A DNA stretch of 64,000 nt from Eledone cirrhosa (lineage: Eukaryota), in contig OZ024741.1 of assembly GCA_964016885.1 (NCBI GenBank), positions 335,606,001 to 335,670,000 on the forward strand, in the 5' to 3' direction. The notes under the pieces are model-generated. The model saw only the letters and a list, made by a program, of their open reading frames with translations. It did not search any database and was not told the origin of the DNA. Positions 35,301 to 45,683 of the stretch are shown in pieces. The position numbers and the translations under genes were made by a program. Each line of letters starts with the position of its first letter. Position 1 is the stretch's first letter.

Positions 35301-37032
35301 CAACCAACAAGACACCACCACCTACCACTACAACCAGACACCACAACCTACCACTACAACCAACAAGACACCACCACCTCCCACTACAACCAACAAGCCA
35401 CCACAACCTACAACTACAACCAACAAGACACCACCACCTACCACTGCAACCAACAAGACACCACAACCTACCACTACAACCAACAAGACACCACCACCTC
35501 CCACTACAACCAACAAGACACCACAACCTACAACTACAACCAACAAGACACCACCACCTACCACTACAACCAACAAAACACCACAACCTACCACTACAAC
35601 CAACAAGACACCACCACCTACCACTACAACTAACAAGACACCACCACCTACCACTACAACTAACAAGACACCACAACCAACAAGACACCACCACCTACCA
35701 CTACAACAATCAAGACACCACCACCTACCACTACAACCAACAAAACACCACCACCTACCACTACAATAAACAAGACACCACCACTTACCACTACAACCAA
35801 CAAGACACCACCATTTACCACTACAACCAACAAGACACCACCACCTACCACTACAACCAACAAGACACCACCACCTACCGCTACAACCAACAAGACACCA
35901 CCACCTACCACTACAACTAACAAGACACCACCACCTACCACTACAACCAACAAGACACCACCACCTACCGCTACAACCAACAAAACACCACCACCTACCA
36001 CCACAACCAACAAGACACCACCACCTACCACTACAACAATCAAGACACCAACACCTACCGCTACAACCAACAAAACACCACAACCTACAACTACAACCAA
36101 CAAGACACCACCACCTACCACTACAACCAACAAGACACCACCACCTACCGCTACAACCAACAAAACACCACCACCTACCACCACAACCAACAAGACACCA
36201 CCACCTACCACTACAACCAACAAGACACCACAACCTACCACTACAACCAACAAAACACCACCACCTACCACCACAACCAACAAGACACCACCACCTACCA
36301 CTACAACCAACAAGACACCACAACCAAAAAGACACCACCACCTACCACCACAACCAACAAGACACCACCACCTACCACTACAACCAACAAGACACCACCA
36401 CCTACCACTACAACCAACAAGACACCACCACCTACCACTACAACCAACAAGACACCACCACCTACCACTACAACCAACAAGACACCACCACCTACCACTA
36501 CAACCAACAAGACACCACAACCAAAAAGACACCACCACCTACCACCACAACCCACAAGACACCACCACCTACCACTACAACCAACAAGACACCACCACCT
36601 ACCACCACAACCAACAAGACACCACCACCTACTGCTACAACCAACAAGACACCACCACCTACCACTACAACCAACAAGACACCACCACCTACCACTACAA
36701 CCAACAAGACACCACCACCTACCACTACAACCAACAAGACACCACCACCTACCACTACAACCAAGAAGACACCACCACCTACCACTACAACCAACAAGAC
36801 ACCACCACCTGACACCACCACCTACCACTACAACCAACAAGACACCACCACCTGACACCACCACCTACCACTACAACTAACAAGACACCACCACCTGACA
36901 CCACCACCTACCACTACAACTAACAAGACACCACCACCTACCACTACAGCCAACAAAACCCCACCACCCACTACTCACTAACTGCTGCAACAGCCCTACC
37001 ACCACTACACCACCACAATATCTTCTCCACCG

Positions 37033-37038
37033 AATAAA
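37033..37038 (+). promoter_or_regulatory. Candidate polyadenylation signal AATAAA at the end of the array
   Basis: It lies 52 nt after the TAA (36979-36981) that closes the Thr/Pro frame and is followed by T-rich sequence. AATAAA is common by chance in AT-rich DNA. Confidence 0.3.
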
Positions 37039-37161
37039 TTCCTTCTTATTTAAGCTGTTAGTTTATCACTGTGATAATCTCTTTATCTCTACAATCTCTT
37101 TAGAGTTTTACCATCTCATTTGTTCTTTATTTATCTCATCTATTTAGCATTATGTTTTCTG

Positions 37162-37164
37162 CTA

Positions 37165-37198
<34 letters not shown>

Positions 37199-37350
37199 GA
37201 TACATATATATATATACACGCACACATACATATATATAGATACATATATATATATATATATATATACATATATATACACAAACACACATACATATATATA
37301 GATACATATATATATATATATATACACATACACATATACATACATATATT
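37162..37350. repeat. Compound (TA)n/(CA)n microsatellite
   Basis: Directly visible. Confidence 0.95.
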
Positions 37351-37484
37351 TATTTCTATAATTCTTTATATGTAGTCTACATTCACTATAATTATATCTT
37401 TTGTAGCAAAGTTTTTCTCTTCATATGATAACTGTTTATCATTACTTTTAAACGCAACATTTTTTTGTACCCACGTCACATATG

Positions 37485-37785
37485 CAGTTGTAGTTATTGT
37501 TGTTATTTTTATTGCTGTTTGTGTTATTATTGTTGTTATTGTTGTTGTTGATGTTTATTTTTGTGTTGTTGTTGTTGTTGTTGTTGTTATGGTTGTTATT
37601 TTAGTTCTTTTTGTTGCTATTGTTTCCGTTATTATTTTTAGTTACTGTTGTTGTTTTTATTGTTGTTTTGTTGTTATTATTTTGTAGTTACTTTTGTTGT
37701 AGTTGTTTTAGTTCTTATTGTTGCTCCTGTTGTTGCTCTTATTGTTGTTGTTATTGTTGCTGTTGCTGTTGTTGCTATTGATTAT
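37485..37785. repeat. Degenerate (GTT/ATT/GCT)n trinucleotide tract
   Basis: Directly visible. Confidence 0.9.
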
Positions 37786-38009
37786 TTACCATTATTATTT
37801 TATATCTCTTTGGCTTCGGTTTTGAGATTTTATGCATTTTTTTTTAATATTTATTTTTATTATTTTAAAAGTATTTTCCGTGTTTTAGTCTGATCATAAT
37901 GAAATCTATTTTGTGGCTATTGTTTGTGAATCTTACACATTGTTTACTTCCAGCTTCACAATTGGAAATTCACTGTATCTTCAGTAAATCTGTTTCATTA
38001 TTATTGTTT

Positions 38010-38058
38010 ATAACATCATCATCATCGTCATCATCGTACTTTCTTTTGTTGTTTTATT

Positions 38059-38094
<36 letters not shown>

Positions 38095-38255
38095 GTCATC
38101 ATACTTAATTTTCTTTTGTTATCTTCGTCATCATCATCATTGTCATTGTCGTTCTCATAGTTGTGATCATCATCATCACCATTGTCATCATTATACTTAA
38201 TTTTATTTTGTTATTTTCATCACCATCATCATTGTTGTTGTTATCATTGTCGTCG

Positions 38256-38286
<31 letters not shown>

Positions 38287-38290
38287 TACA
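38010..38290. repeat. (CAT)n/(CGT)n microsatellite cluster
   Basis: Directly visible. Confidence 0.9.
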
Positions 38291-39029
38291 CTTAATTTTC
38301 TTTTGTAGTTAATATTTTCCTACAATCTACCACCATTATTACAAGGGAATTATTACATTCCATATTTTCAATGTGATTAATGACATTGGAAACACATTCA
38401 ACTAAAAATAATACAATTACAATGCATATATTTACTTTTCTATTTAATTGTTTGTTACATTTAGATTTGTGTATTGTTTTGTGCACTTTAAATGAGCATC
38501 AACCTTCTGTTCCTCTTTTAGAAAAAATATGTTCTAGAACAACAACAAAAGCTAAACAAACCAAACGAAAAATGTTGATAGAAAACAAACAAATTTCAAA
38601 GATAGTTCAGAAAACACAAAATTAAGATATGTGAAGAATTTATTTATTTATTTATTTATGGAAGGTTTTGATATTTCAGGGCTGTGGATTAACAGAATCA
38701 ATAGAGGAGTGGGTGGGGTAGCTGCTTTGCAGAATATTTAGTTGTTCCTTTCCTCTTTATGTTCTAAGTTAAAATTCTACCACTGAGGTTTAATTTGAGT
38801 TTCATCATTTAAATTTCAATAAAATAGATATACCAGTTGAATACTAGTATTTGTCTGGTTCTACTCAGCCATCCCTTAATGAATTGTTATGGCTATATTA
38901 CTAATTAATTACATTATCCATGTGTTTCAAATAACTTATCAAATAATCAAGAATTTGCAAGTGTTTAATGACTAACTTCGAAGGTCAACTTTGCCTTTCA
39001 TCCATTCGAGGTCGATAAAAAAAATACTT

Positions 39030-39213
39030 CAGTGAAATTTTGTTATAACGAAATTCATGGGGTATAAAAAAATTTGTTGTAATGGAAAATTCTTTATAAC
39101 AAGATCGACCAAAACAAATCGAGCGTTTGTATAATACCCCAGGGATTGAAAAAAAAATTTGTTATACTCAAACATTCATTATAATGGTATTCATTATAAT
39201 AGAATTGTACCTG
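39030..39213. mobile_element. Degenerate pogo/Tigger-like (Tc1/mariner) MITE
   Basis: The ends CAGTGAAATTTTGTTATAACG and CATTATAATAGAATTGTACCTG|TA are imperfect TIRs. A TTGTTATAAC-like motif is reiterated internally. Confidence 0.55.
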
Positions 39214-39256
39214 TAGTCTAATACTCTCTCTCTCTCTCTCCCTCTTCTCCTCTATA

Positions 39257-39558
39257 CTGTATTCAGACCTCGAGAGGGATGGACTCTGCCAGGCTTAAAA
39301 ATATCCAAGAAACACTGTATACCACTACAGTGCTCCTACAAGTCCGCCAGGAATTTTGGGACTATACCATATCAATTACTAGTTCCCATACTATGAAACT
39401 AATATTTAGAACATAACTGAAGGTTCTTAAGTATAATTTTGAGAGCAGGTTTGGGTATAGTGTGGTCCCGTAACTCTTGAGGGAGTCATAGGAGTGGCAT
39501 ATTGACACATGGCATTTTTAAAACCTGGTGGAGCCCATCTCTCCAGGTCTGAATACAG
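39257..39558. mobile_element. Foldback/MITE with long imperfect inverted arms; partial copies at ~47480-47610 and ~50330-50430
   Basis: CTGTATTCAGACCTCGAGAGGGATGGACTCTGCCAGGCTTAAAAA is inverted-matched by TTTTTAAAACCTGGTGGAGCCCATCTCTCCAGGTCTGAATACAG. Weaker symmetry continues inward. Confidence 0.75.
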
Positions 39559-39609
39559 CAAATTTCTTCCAGAGAGTGAGAGAATGGAAGTGAGAAAGAC
39601 ATATAGAGG

Positions 39610-39770
39610 AAGAATTGACCCCAGTTCTATATTGATACTTCTTTTAATCTAACTTCAATGGATGAAAGACAAAGTTGACCCTGGAGGGATTAGAACTGAG
39701 AGAGCAGAGAGCTGGAACAAATAGAACAAAGCACTCTAAGCAGTCAATCCAACATTCTAATGACTCAGAG
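39610..39770 (-). mobile_element. SINE family S1 (tRNA-derived), old copy
   Basis: GGATGAAAGACAAAGTTGACC...ATTAGAACT is the reverse complement of the core shared by many copies in this window. Confidence 0.75.
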
Positions 39771-39904
39771 CAAGTTTAAATATAAATGAAATACTTCATA
39801 ATGGACAGTTTTGTATCATAGAACTAAAGGCAGTCTGAGGTTGATTGGTATCAACAGGGTGAAATATGTGCCCAACACTAAAGTAATGGGGGTAAATGGT
39901 TTTG

Positions 39905-40360
39905 TAGGTTTGAAGAATTGGTAGAGCATCGGATATGGTATCATTGCAATATTTGTTCTGCCTCTTTACATTACATTTTGAGTTCAAATCTTACTGTGGT
40001 CAACTTTGCCTTTCATCCTGATGGGGTCAATAAAATAAAGTACCAGTCAAGTACTGGGGTTAATTTAATAGATTTTGCTCTTCCATCAAATTTGCTGGCC
40101 TAAATTAGATATCAATATTTACATATTTAGGAAGGTAGTGGATTGGCAGAATTGGTAGAGCGTTGGAGAAAGTGCTATTGTGGTATTTGTTCTGGCTCTT
40201 TACATTCTGAGGTCAAAATCTGCTGAGGTCAACTTTGCCTTTCATCCTTCCGTAATCAATGAAATAAAGTACCAGTCAAGTATTGGTGTTAATGTAATCA
40301 ACTTTGCTTCCCCCCACCCAAATTTGCTGGCCTTGTGCACAAACTAGACATTAATATTTA
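39905..40360 (+). mobile_element. Two tandem S1 SINE copies (~39905-40120 and ~40130-40360)
   Basis: Each has an A-box-like TGGCAGAATTGGTAGAGC, a B-box-like GAGTTCAAATC, the core GGTCAACTTTGCCTTTCATCC...AATAAAGTACCAGT and a TGCTGGCCTTGTGC-like tail. Confidence 0.9.
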
Positions 40361-40447
40361 GCTGCTTACTTAAATACTGCGATTCATATAATTGTCTCTA
40401 CCTATCCCTTAAATTTGAGTTTGTTATAAATTGATATTTTAGAAAGT

Positions 40448-40625
40448 TTACCCTTTTGATATCAACCAATCCAAATCTGACTATAGTTCTATGAAACAAA
40501 ACCTCCCATTTTAAAGGGTTCCTATTTAATTGCCAACCTTTCTACATGGTTTTCTTTAATAACCCTACCATTTAAGTAACAAATACTACCTCAATAATGG
40601 TATAATTTTGTCAATCCCTCATTGA
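40448..40625 (-). mobile_element. TTAA-type MITE family A, degenerate copy in reverse orientation
   Basis: TTTACCCTTTTGATATCAACC...TTCTATGAAACAAAC is the reverse complement of the family-A right end seen at ~50017, ~57225 and 60388. Confidence 0.6.
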
Positions 40626-40628
40626 TTA

Positions 40629-41060
40629 CCATATATACTCAAATATAAGCCAACCCCACTATTTTATGTCTGCGAAATGGGCAAAAATCCAAACCTTATT
40701 TATGTAGAATTTGAAGTTGGAATATAAGCCCTCTTCTACCATAGATTTTCTTTTGTAAATTAAAAGAAAAAATTTTTTTTGGTCACATATTTCTTGGCTT
40801 ATGTTTGATTATATACGTTTTTACATACACACACACACACATACATACACATACACCATATATACTTGAATATAAGCTGACCCCACTATTTTATGTCTGA
40901 GAAATGGTAAAAGAATCAAACCTTATATACATAGAATTTGAAGTGGGTGAAAATCATCAAAATATTGACCCCGAATATAAGCTGTTCCCCTTCTGCCATG
41001 GTTTTTTGGTTTTTTTTCTTTTGGTGACAAATTCCTCGGCTTATGTTCAAGTATGTACAG
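40629..41060. mobile_element. Two tandem Tc1/mariner(pogo)-type MITEs (40629-40818 and 40856-41060) separated by a CA tract
   Basis: Each begins CCATATATACT(C/T)(A/G)AATATAAGC and ends GGCTTATGTT(T/C)(G/A)A(T/G)TAT(A/G)TAC, forming TIRs. TA flanks the outer ends, and the internal sequences align to each other. Confidence 0.8.
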
Positions 41061-42164
41061 TAATTGAAATACTGCATGTTTCTTTAGAAATATGATAAGA
41101 AAAGAGTTAAAGAATATTTTTTTTGTGTGATCTCTAAAAGTGATTGCTAAAAACCAAGAGATAAATGTTCATATGGCAAGTCTTATTTTGAAGGAAGGTA
41201 AATTCAGTAGCATTTTGGGAGTTGTGTGAGAGGAAGAGTAGATGGGTGGGGGTGGGGGCATCACCTTTTTTTAAGCCTTCATGTCTGACATGGAGAAGTT
41301 AGCGATAACCTTAACCTCGTGTAGTTACTCTTGTCTATATTCACTTGGAATTGTTGTAGGTTAATATATTGGAGGAAGAAAAGTAAAGGCACAATATTTA
41401 ATATTGGGTATGAGAAATGTGGCTGATCAGAGAGAGGTCTTAGGAAGAGGTGAGGTCCGTGGGACGGGTTGAGTAGAGTAAGTTGAGGTGGGGGTGGTTA
41501 TAGAGGATAGCAAAGAGGTGAGGTGAATGGGTTGGGTTGGGTAGGGTAGGTTGAGGTGAGAGTGGGGTGGTTATAGAAGATTGCAAAGTGGAGAAGGAAA
41601 GAGACTTGTAATACAGGTAAATAAAGAGAGAGAGAGAGTGAGAGATGGAGAGAGAAAACGAGAGGGATGAAGGGGGGAGATGGAGAGAGAGAAAGAAAGA
41701 AAGAAAGAAAGGATAGTTTCTGACATTATCTTGTGTTCATGTCATGAATTTAGTTGTATCTATAATTCATTATGTCCTCAGAGGTTTCATGGTGCCACTT
41801 CTTTTACTATTAAGCCAGTGAACTTGGAAGAAGTTATTTATTTGACATTTTTCAAAGACGAGATTAATATTTTACTGTTTCTCTTGCAACCTTTTGTGGC
41901 TATCTTGAAAAATGGTGGAAAAGAGGAAAAAACTAAACAAAACAAAACAAAATAAAAAATACAAAAACAAAACAGAAAAAAAAAACAAAAAAAAAACCAT
42001 GTTCACCAATCCAATTTCTATTAGCAAGCCTCTTCACTGGTCGTCTTTTCGTCTTTTTATAGCTTTTTTTCTTCTCTTTGCATGATTTCATTTGCTTAGA
42101 TCATATGAATGTTCTGTGTGTGTATTTCATTTTTTTTCATCAAATTTCAGTTCACTATTGCTAT

Positions 42165-42500
42165 TGTGTGATGTATATATATGTGTGTGTATGTATCTGT
42201 TTGTGTGCATGTATATATGATGTATGTATGTGATGTATGTATGTACATGTATGTATATGTGATGTATGTATATGATGTAAATGTATGTATGTGTATGTAA
42301 GTACATGTATGTATATGTGATATATGTAGGTATGCATGTATGTATGTACATGTATGTATGTGTATGTAAGTACATGTATGTATATGTGATATATGTAGGT
42401 ATGCATGTATGTATGTACATGTATGTATGTGTATGTAAGTACATGTATGTATATGTGATATATGTAGGTATGCATGTATGTATGTACATGTATGTATGTA
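42165..42500. repeat. TATG-rich microsatellite containing three tandem 69-bp higher-order units
   Basis: The 69-bp period is seen from ~42281; the minus ORF repeats a 23-aa block three times. Confidence 0.9.
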
Positions 42501-42700
42501 TTTGGTTTTGTATTGAAGGAGCTAAAAACCTATAAATTTAGTGTTGTTTAATTAAACTTCTTTTTGATAATGTTAGTGCATTCCTATTCTCTCCCCCTCC
42601 CCCCACCTCATCTTATCAAGAAAGAACATTTTTCATTACCATATAACTCTTATGTACAGAATTGAGAGATATTTTTCTGAAATGAATGATATATATATAT

Positions 42701-42940
42701 CATCATCATCATCATCATCATCGTTTAACGTCTATCTTTCATGCTAGCATGGGTTTAGATGGGAATTGTCGCACGTGAGGCAAGATTGGTTGTCTTGCTC
42801 ATATAGGACTGTCTGGTGGGTTTTCTATGGCTGGATGCCCTTCCTAACACCAACCACATTTACAGTGTGGACTGGGAAGTTTTTACCGTGTTACCTACAC
42901 GGCCACATTACAGCGTGGACTGTGTGTTTTTTTGTCATGA
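42701..42940 (-). mobile_element. SINE family S4 with an RTE-like 3' end and (GAT)n tail
   Basis: (CAT)n-CGTTTAACGTC...CATGCTAGCATGGGTT...GGCTGGATGCCCTTCCTAACACCAACCAC. Homologous to the copies at ~54045, 55735, 58570 and 63855. Confidence 0.8.
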
Positions 42941-42949
42941 TACCTACAC

Positions 42950-42971
42950 TATATATATATATATAATATAC

Positions 42972-43013
<42 letters not shown>

Positions 43014-43116
43014 CATATGCATGTGTGTATATGTATATATGTATATATATATATATATATATATTATATACATATGTGTGTGTGTATATGTATATATCTG
43101 TGTGTATATATATATG

Positions 43117-43174
<58 letters not shown>

Positions 43175-43195
43175 AAAATATGTATGTATGTGTGT
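42950..43195. repeat. (TA)n/(TG)n microsatellite immediately upstream of the protocadherin splice acceptor
   Basis: Directly visible. Confidence 0.95.
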
Positions 43196-43220
43196 AAATT
43201 ATTTTCTCTAATTGTGTGAA

Positions 43221-43245
43221 CTTTTCTTCTTTTTTTCTATTTCAG
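43221..43245 (+). promoter_or_regulatory. 3' splice site (polypyrimidine tract + CAG) of the protocadherin exon
   Basis: CTTTTCTTCTTTTTTTCTATTTCAG lies 65 nt before the ATG at 43311, implying an upstream non-coding exon. Confidence 0.75.
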
Positions 43246-43310
43246 AGCTTATTAACCTTTCAGCACTGAACGATCTTTCAATATTTTTGCTGTCTCTCGT
43301 TTATGGAGAT

Positions 43311-45635
43311 ATGTGGATTACTGCTTGTTTGGTATTATTGTTTTATCTACATGCCTGCCTGTCTGTAGATTTTACATACCATGTCAAAGAAGGTAGCTTA
43401 CCTGGTACCTATCTTGGGGATATTGGCGTTAACACACATCTCATGGAAACTATCCCTTTCAACGACCACAGTTTGATAAGATTCAGCCAGCTACAAAAAG
43501 ATATTACAGGCAGTTCTCAGTTATTTAATGTCTCTGAAAGAGGAAAATTGTACACGTCTCAAACACTGAATGCTGAGTCTCTTTGTAAATACAATACTAA
43601 GTGTTTTAAAATGGTAGATATTGCAGTACGAAAAGCAAAATCTTTTATTAAGATATTAGAAATAAAAGTTATAATAGAAGATGTCAATGACCATCAGCCT
43701 AAATTTCCTGTCAAACAAATCAATGTTCAGTTTGATGAAGGGGATGGGAAAGGAATGACTAAATCAATACCTAATGCTATAGATAGTGATGTTGGTATAT
43801 TAAATTCTCAGATCACATATGTGTTGAAAAAGATTCCACATAACCCATTTAAGCTAGCTGTTTCTAAAAGAGCCGATGGATCATACTCACTTGGAATTAC
43901 TTTAGAAAATAAATTAGACAGAGAGAAAAAAGACTCTTATATGTTACAAGTTATTGCCAGAGATGGCGGTTCCCCACCTAAAGAAGGTGTTTTGAATGTT
44001 CTTATATCAGTCAGTGACATCAATGATAACCAACCAGTTTTTGCCCAGAATATATATTATGTTACTATTAATAATAGAACTCTAAAAAGGACACCAATTG
44101 TAATATTGTCTGCAAATGATTTAGATGCCAATAGAAATGGTAAAATTTCCTTTCACTTCAGCTCAAAAACATCCGATACTGCCAAATCTTATTTTAAATT
44201 GAATGAAAATACCGGAGAGATATTTTTAGAGGAAAAATTCAAACAGGAGAAGAAAACTTACAAGTTGTTTATTGAAGCTAGAGACGGAGGAATTCCCCCC
44301 CTCAGTTCAATAGCAACTGTATTGGTAAATGTTATGGATAAACAAAATAATGCTCCGACAATAGATGTTAACTTTTCAGAGTTAACTGGAAATACAGCTA
44401 TCATATCTGAAGATATTGAAGTTGGCAGTTTTATTGCTTATGTCAAAGTTACTGACAATGACATAGGGAAGAATGGGAAAGTAAGTTGTAAATTATTTCA
44501 TGAAAACCTACAATTAAAGGGACTTGGCGAAAAAAGGTACAAAGTAATAGTAAAAGCTGTGGTCGATCGTGAAACTAAAAACAAGTTAGATTTCGTTATA
44601 AGCTGTGAAGACCATGGGTCTCCACCACTGAAGACAGAAAAAAGATTTTTTATTAAAGTTATGGATGCCAATGATGTACAGCCCCATTTTACTAAAGATA
44701 CTTTTAAGTTTCTTACCTATGAAAATGAAAAAACAGATTTCCCTGTGGGATTTATCAATGCCACTGACCCAGATTTGGGTTCTGGAGGCCTCCTGTCTTA
44801 CACGTTATTAGGCAGTAATAAGCGCATTCTTCCATTTAAAATTTCAAATTTTGGATTTATCTCAACAACTCAACCATTGGATCATGAACAACAAGAAATG
44901 TATGAATTTAAAGTTTTAGTCAAAGACAATGGAACTCCTTCATTAAACAACACAGCAAATGTTATTGTTGAAGTTATGGATGAAAACGACAATGCCCCTT
45001 ATTTCATCTTTCCCAGCATGGATCCTTTCAGTCTTGATGTTTACTACCAACCTCAAAGTAAGAATGACATCACAGTTTTGAGAGCTTCTGACAGGGACAG
45101 CCGGCAAAATGCTTTCCTGAGATATGAAATATTTGGAGGCAATGCCAGGATGTTATTTAAAGTTAACCCATACACTGGTGTCTTGACTTTCTCACGTACA
45201 GTCTACCAAAATGATGCAGGAACTTACAATCTAGAATTAGTCGTCAAAGATAGCGGTACTCCAGTTTTATCAGCAACATCAACTTTGTCCTTGACATTGT
45301 CTGTAAGTAATACAACGTCCAAGCTTTTGACAGCCGTACATTTACAATCAGATGCCAAAATACACATCAACCTTTTTATTATAATCATAGTAGCAGCAGT
45401 GACAGTCTCTGTATTGTTGGTGATCTCCATAACAGTGTGTATTGTTAGGAGGAGCAACCAACGAAATACCATACATCGGACTGTTTTAGAACCCTCAAAT
45501 AATCTGATAGATGAAAACAGACAAACTGAATATTTATGTGCTAAACAAATGTCCTCGAAGCAAGAGTCAAGTCAAAGTAGGACACAGTCAATCATAGAGA
45601 TACATAGCCAAACACTGAAAAAGGGGACACATCAG
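43311..45635 (+). CDS. Protocadherin (coleoid-expanded type), large first coding exon, 775 codons: signal peptide, EC1-EC6, TM helix, juxtamembrane tail; 3'-incomplete
   Basis: Signal peptide MWITACLVLLFYLHACLS. EC1 has the Cys-X5-Cys motif (LCKYNTKC). Cadherin motifs: DVNDHQP, AIDSD, LDRE, ARDGGSPP, DINDNQP, VDRE, DANDVQP, ATDPD, LDHE, DENDNAP, ASDRD, VKDSGTP. TM segment INLFIIIIVAAVTVSVLLVISITVCIV followed by RR. Consensus donor CAG|GTGAGT at 45635/45636 (phase 0). The ORF-track extensions 43212-43310 and 45636-45722 are probably UTR/intron. Confidence 0.95.
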
Positions 45636-45683
45636 GTGAGTTTAACCTTTTTAAAATATAATCTAATTAACTCTTGCAATAAT

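Larger units (their letters stand above)
1..36981 (+). repeat. Giant 30-bp tandem array (minisatellite or degenerate mucin-like PTS exon), consensus ACCACTACAACCAACAAGACACCACCACCT, ~1,230 units, open at the left window edge
   Basis: The 30-bp period is visible throughout. The unit has 13 A, 14 C, 2 T and 1 G. The + frames translate to TTTTNKTPPP, PLQPTRHHHL and HYNQQDTTTY. Occasional 17-, 20-, 26- and 31-bp units shift the phase. Copy number is length/30. Confidence 0.98.

Noticed and set aside
322-36864. Dozens of minus-strand ORFs (VVVVGGGVLL and WWCLVGCSGR repeats)
   Set aside because: They are automatic antisense readings of a stop-poor 30-bp repeat. Many use non-ATG starts and none has a unique domain.
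1-36981. CRISPR array (30-bp repeats)
   Set aside because: The units are contiguous with no unique spacers, there are no cas genes, and the context is eukaryotic.
1-36981. Telomeric repeat tract
   Set aside because: The array is strand-biased like a telomere, but the unit is 30 bp and contains no TTAGGG/CCCTAA.
37485-37785. GTT tract as an antisense partner of the AAC-rich array
   Set aside because: The complementarity is only low-complexity, and no 30-bp unit is present in reverse.
37136-43219. Short ORFs rich in Y/I/V/C/H, including poly-His and hydrophobic stretches (also 59174-59606 and 62130-62330)
   Set aside because: They are translations of TA/TG/CA/CAT/GTT microsatellites.
43212-43310. 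33-aa N-terminal extension of the protocadherin in the ORF track
   Set aside because: It starts at a non-ATG codon and spans a polypyrimidine tract and acceptor. The signal peptide begins at ATG 43311.
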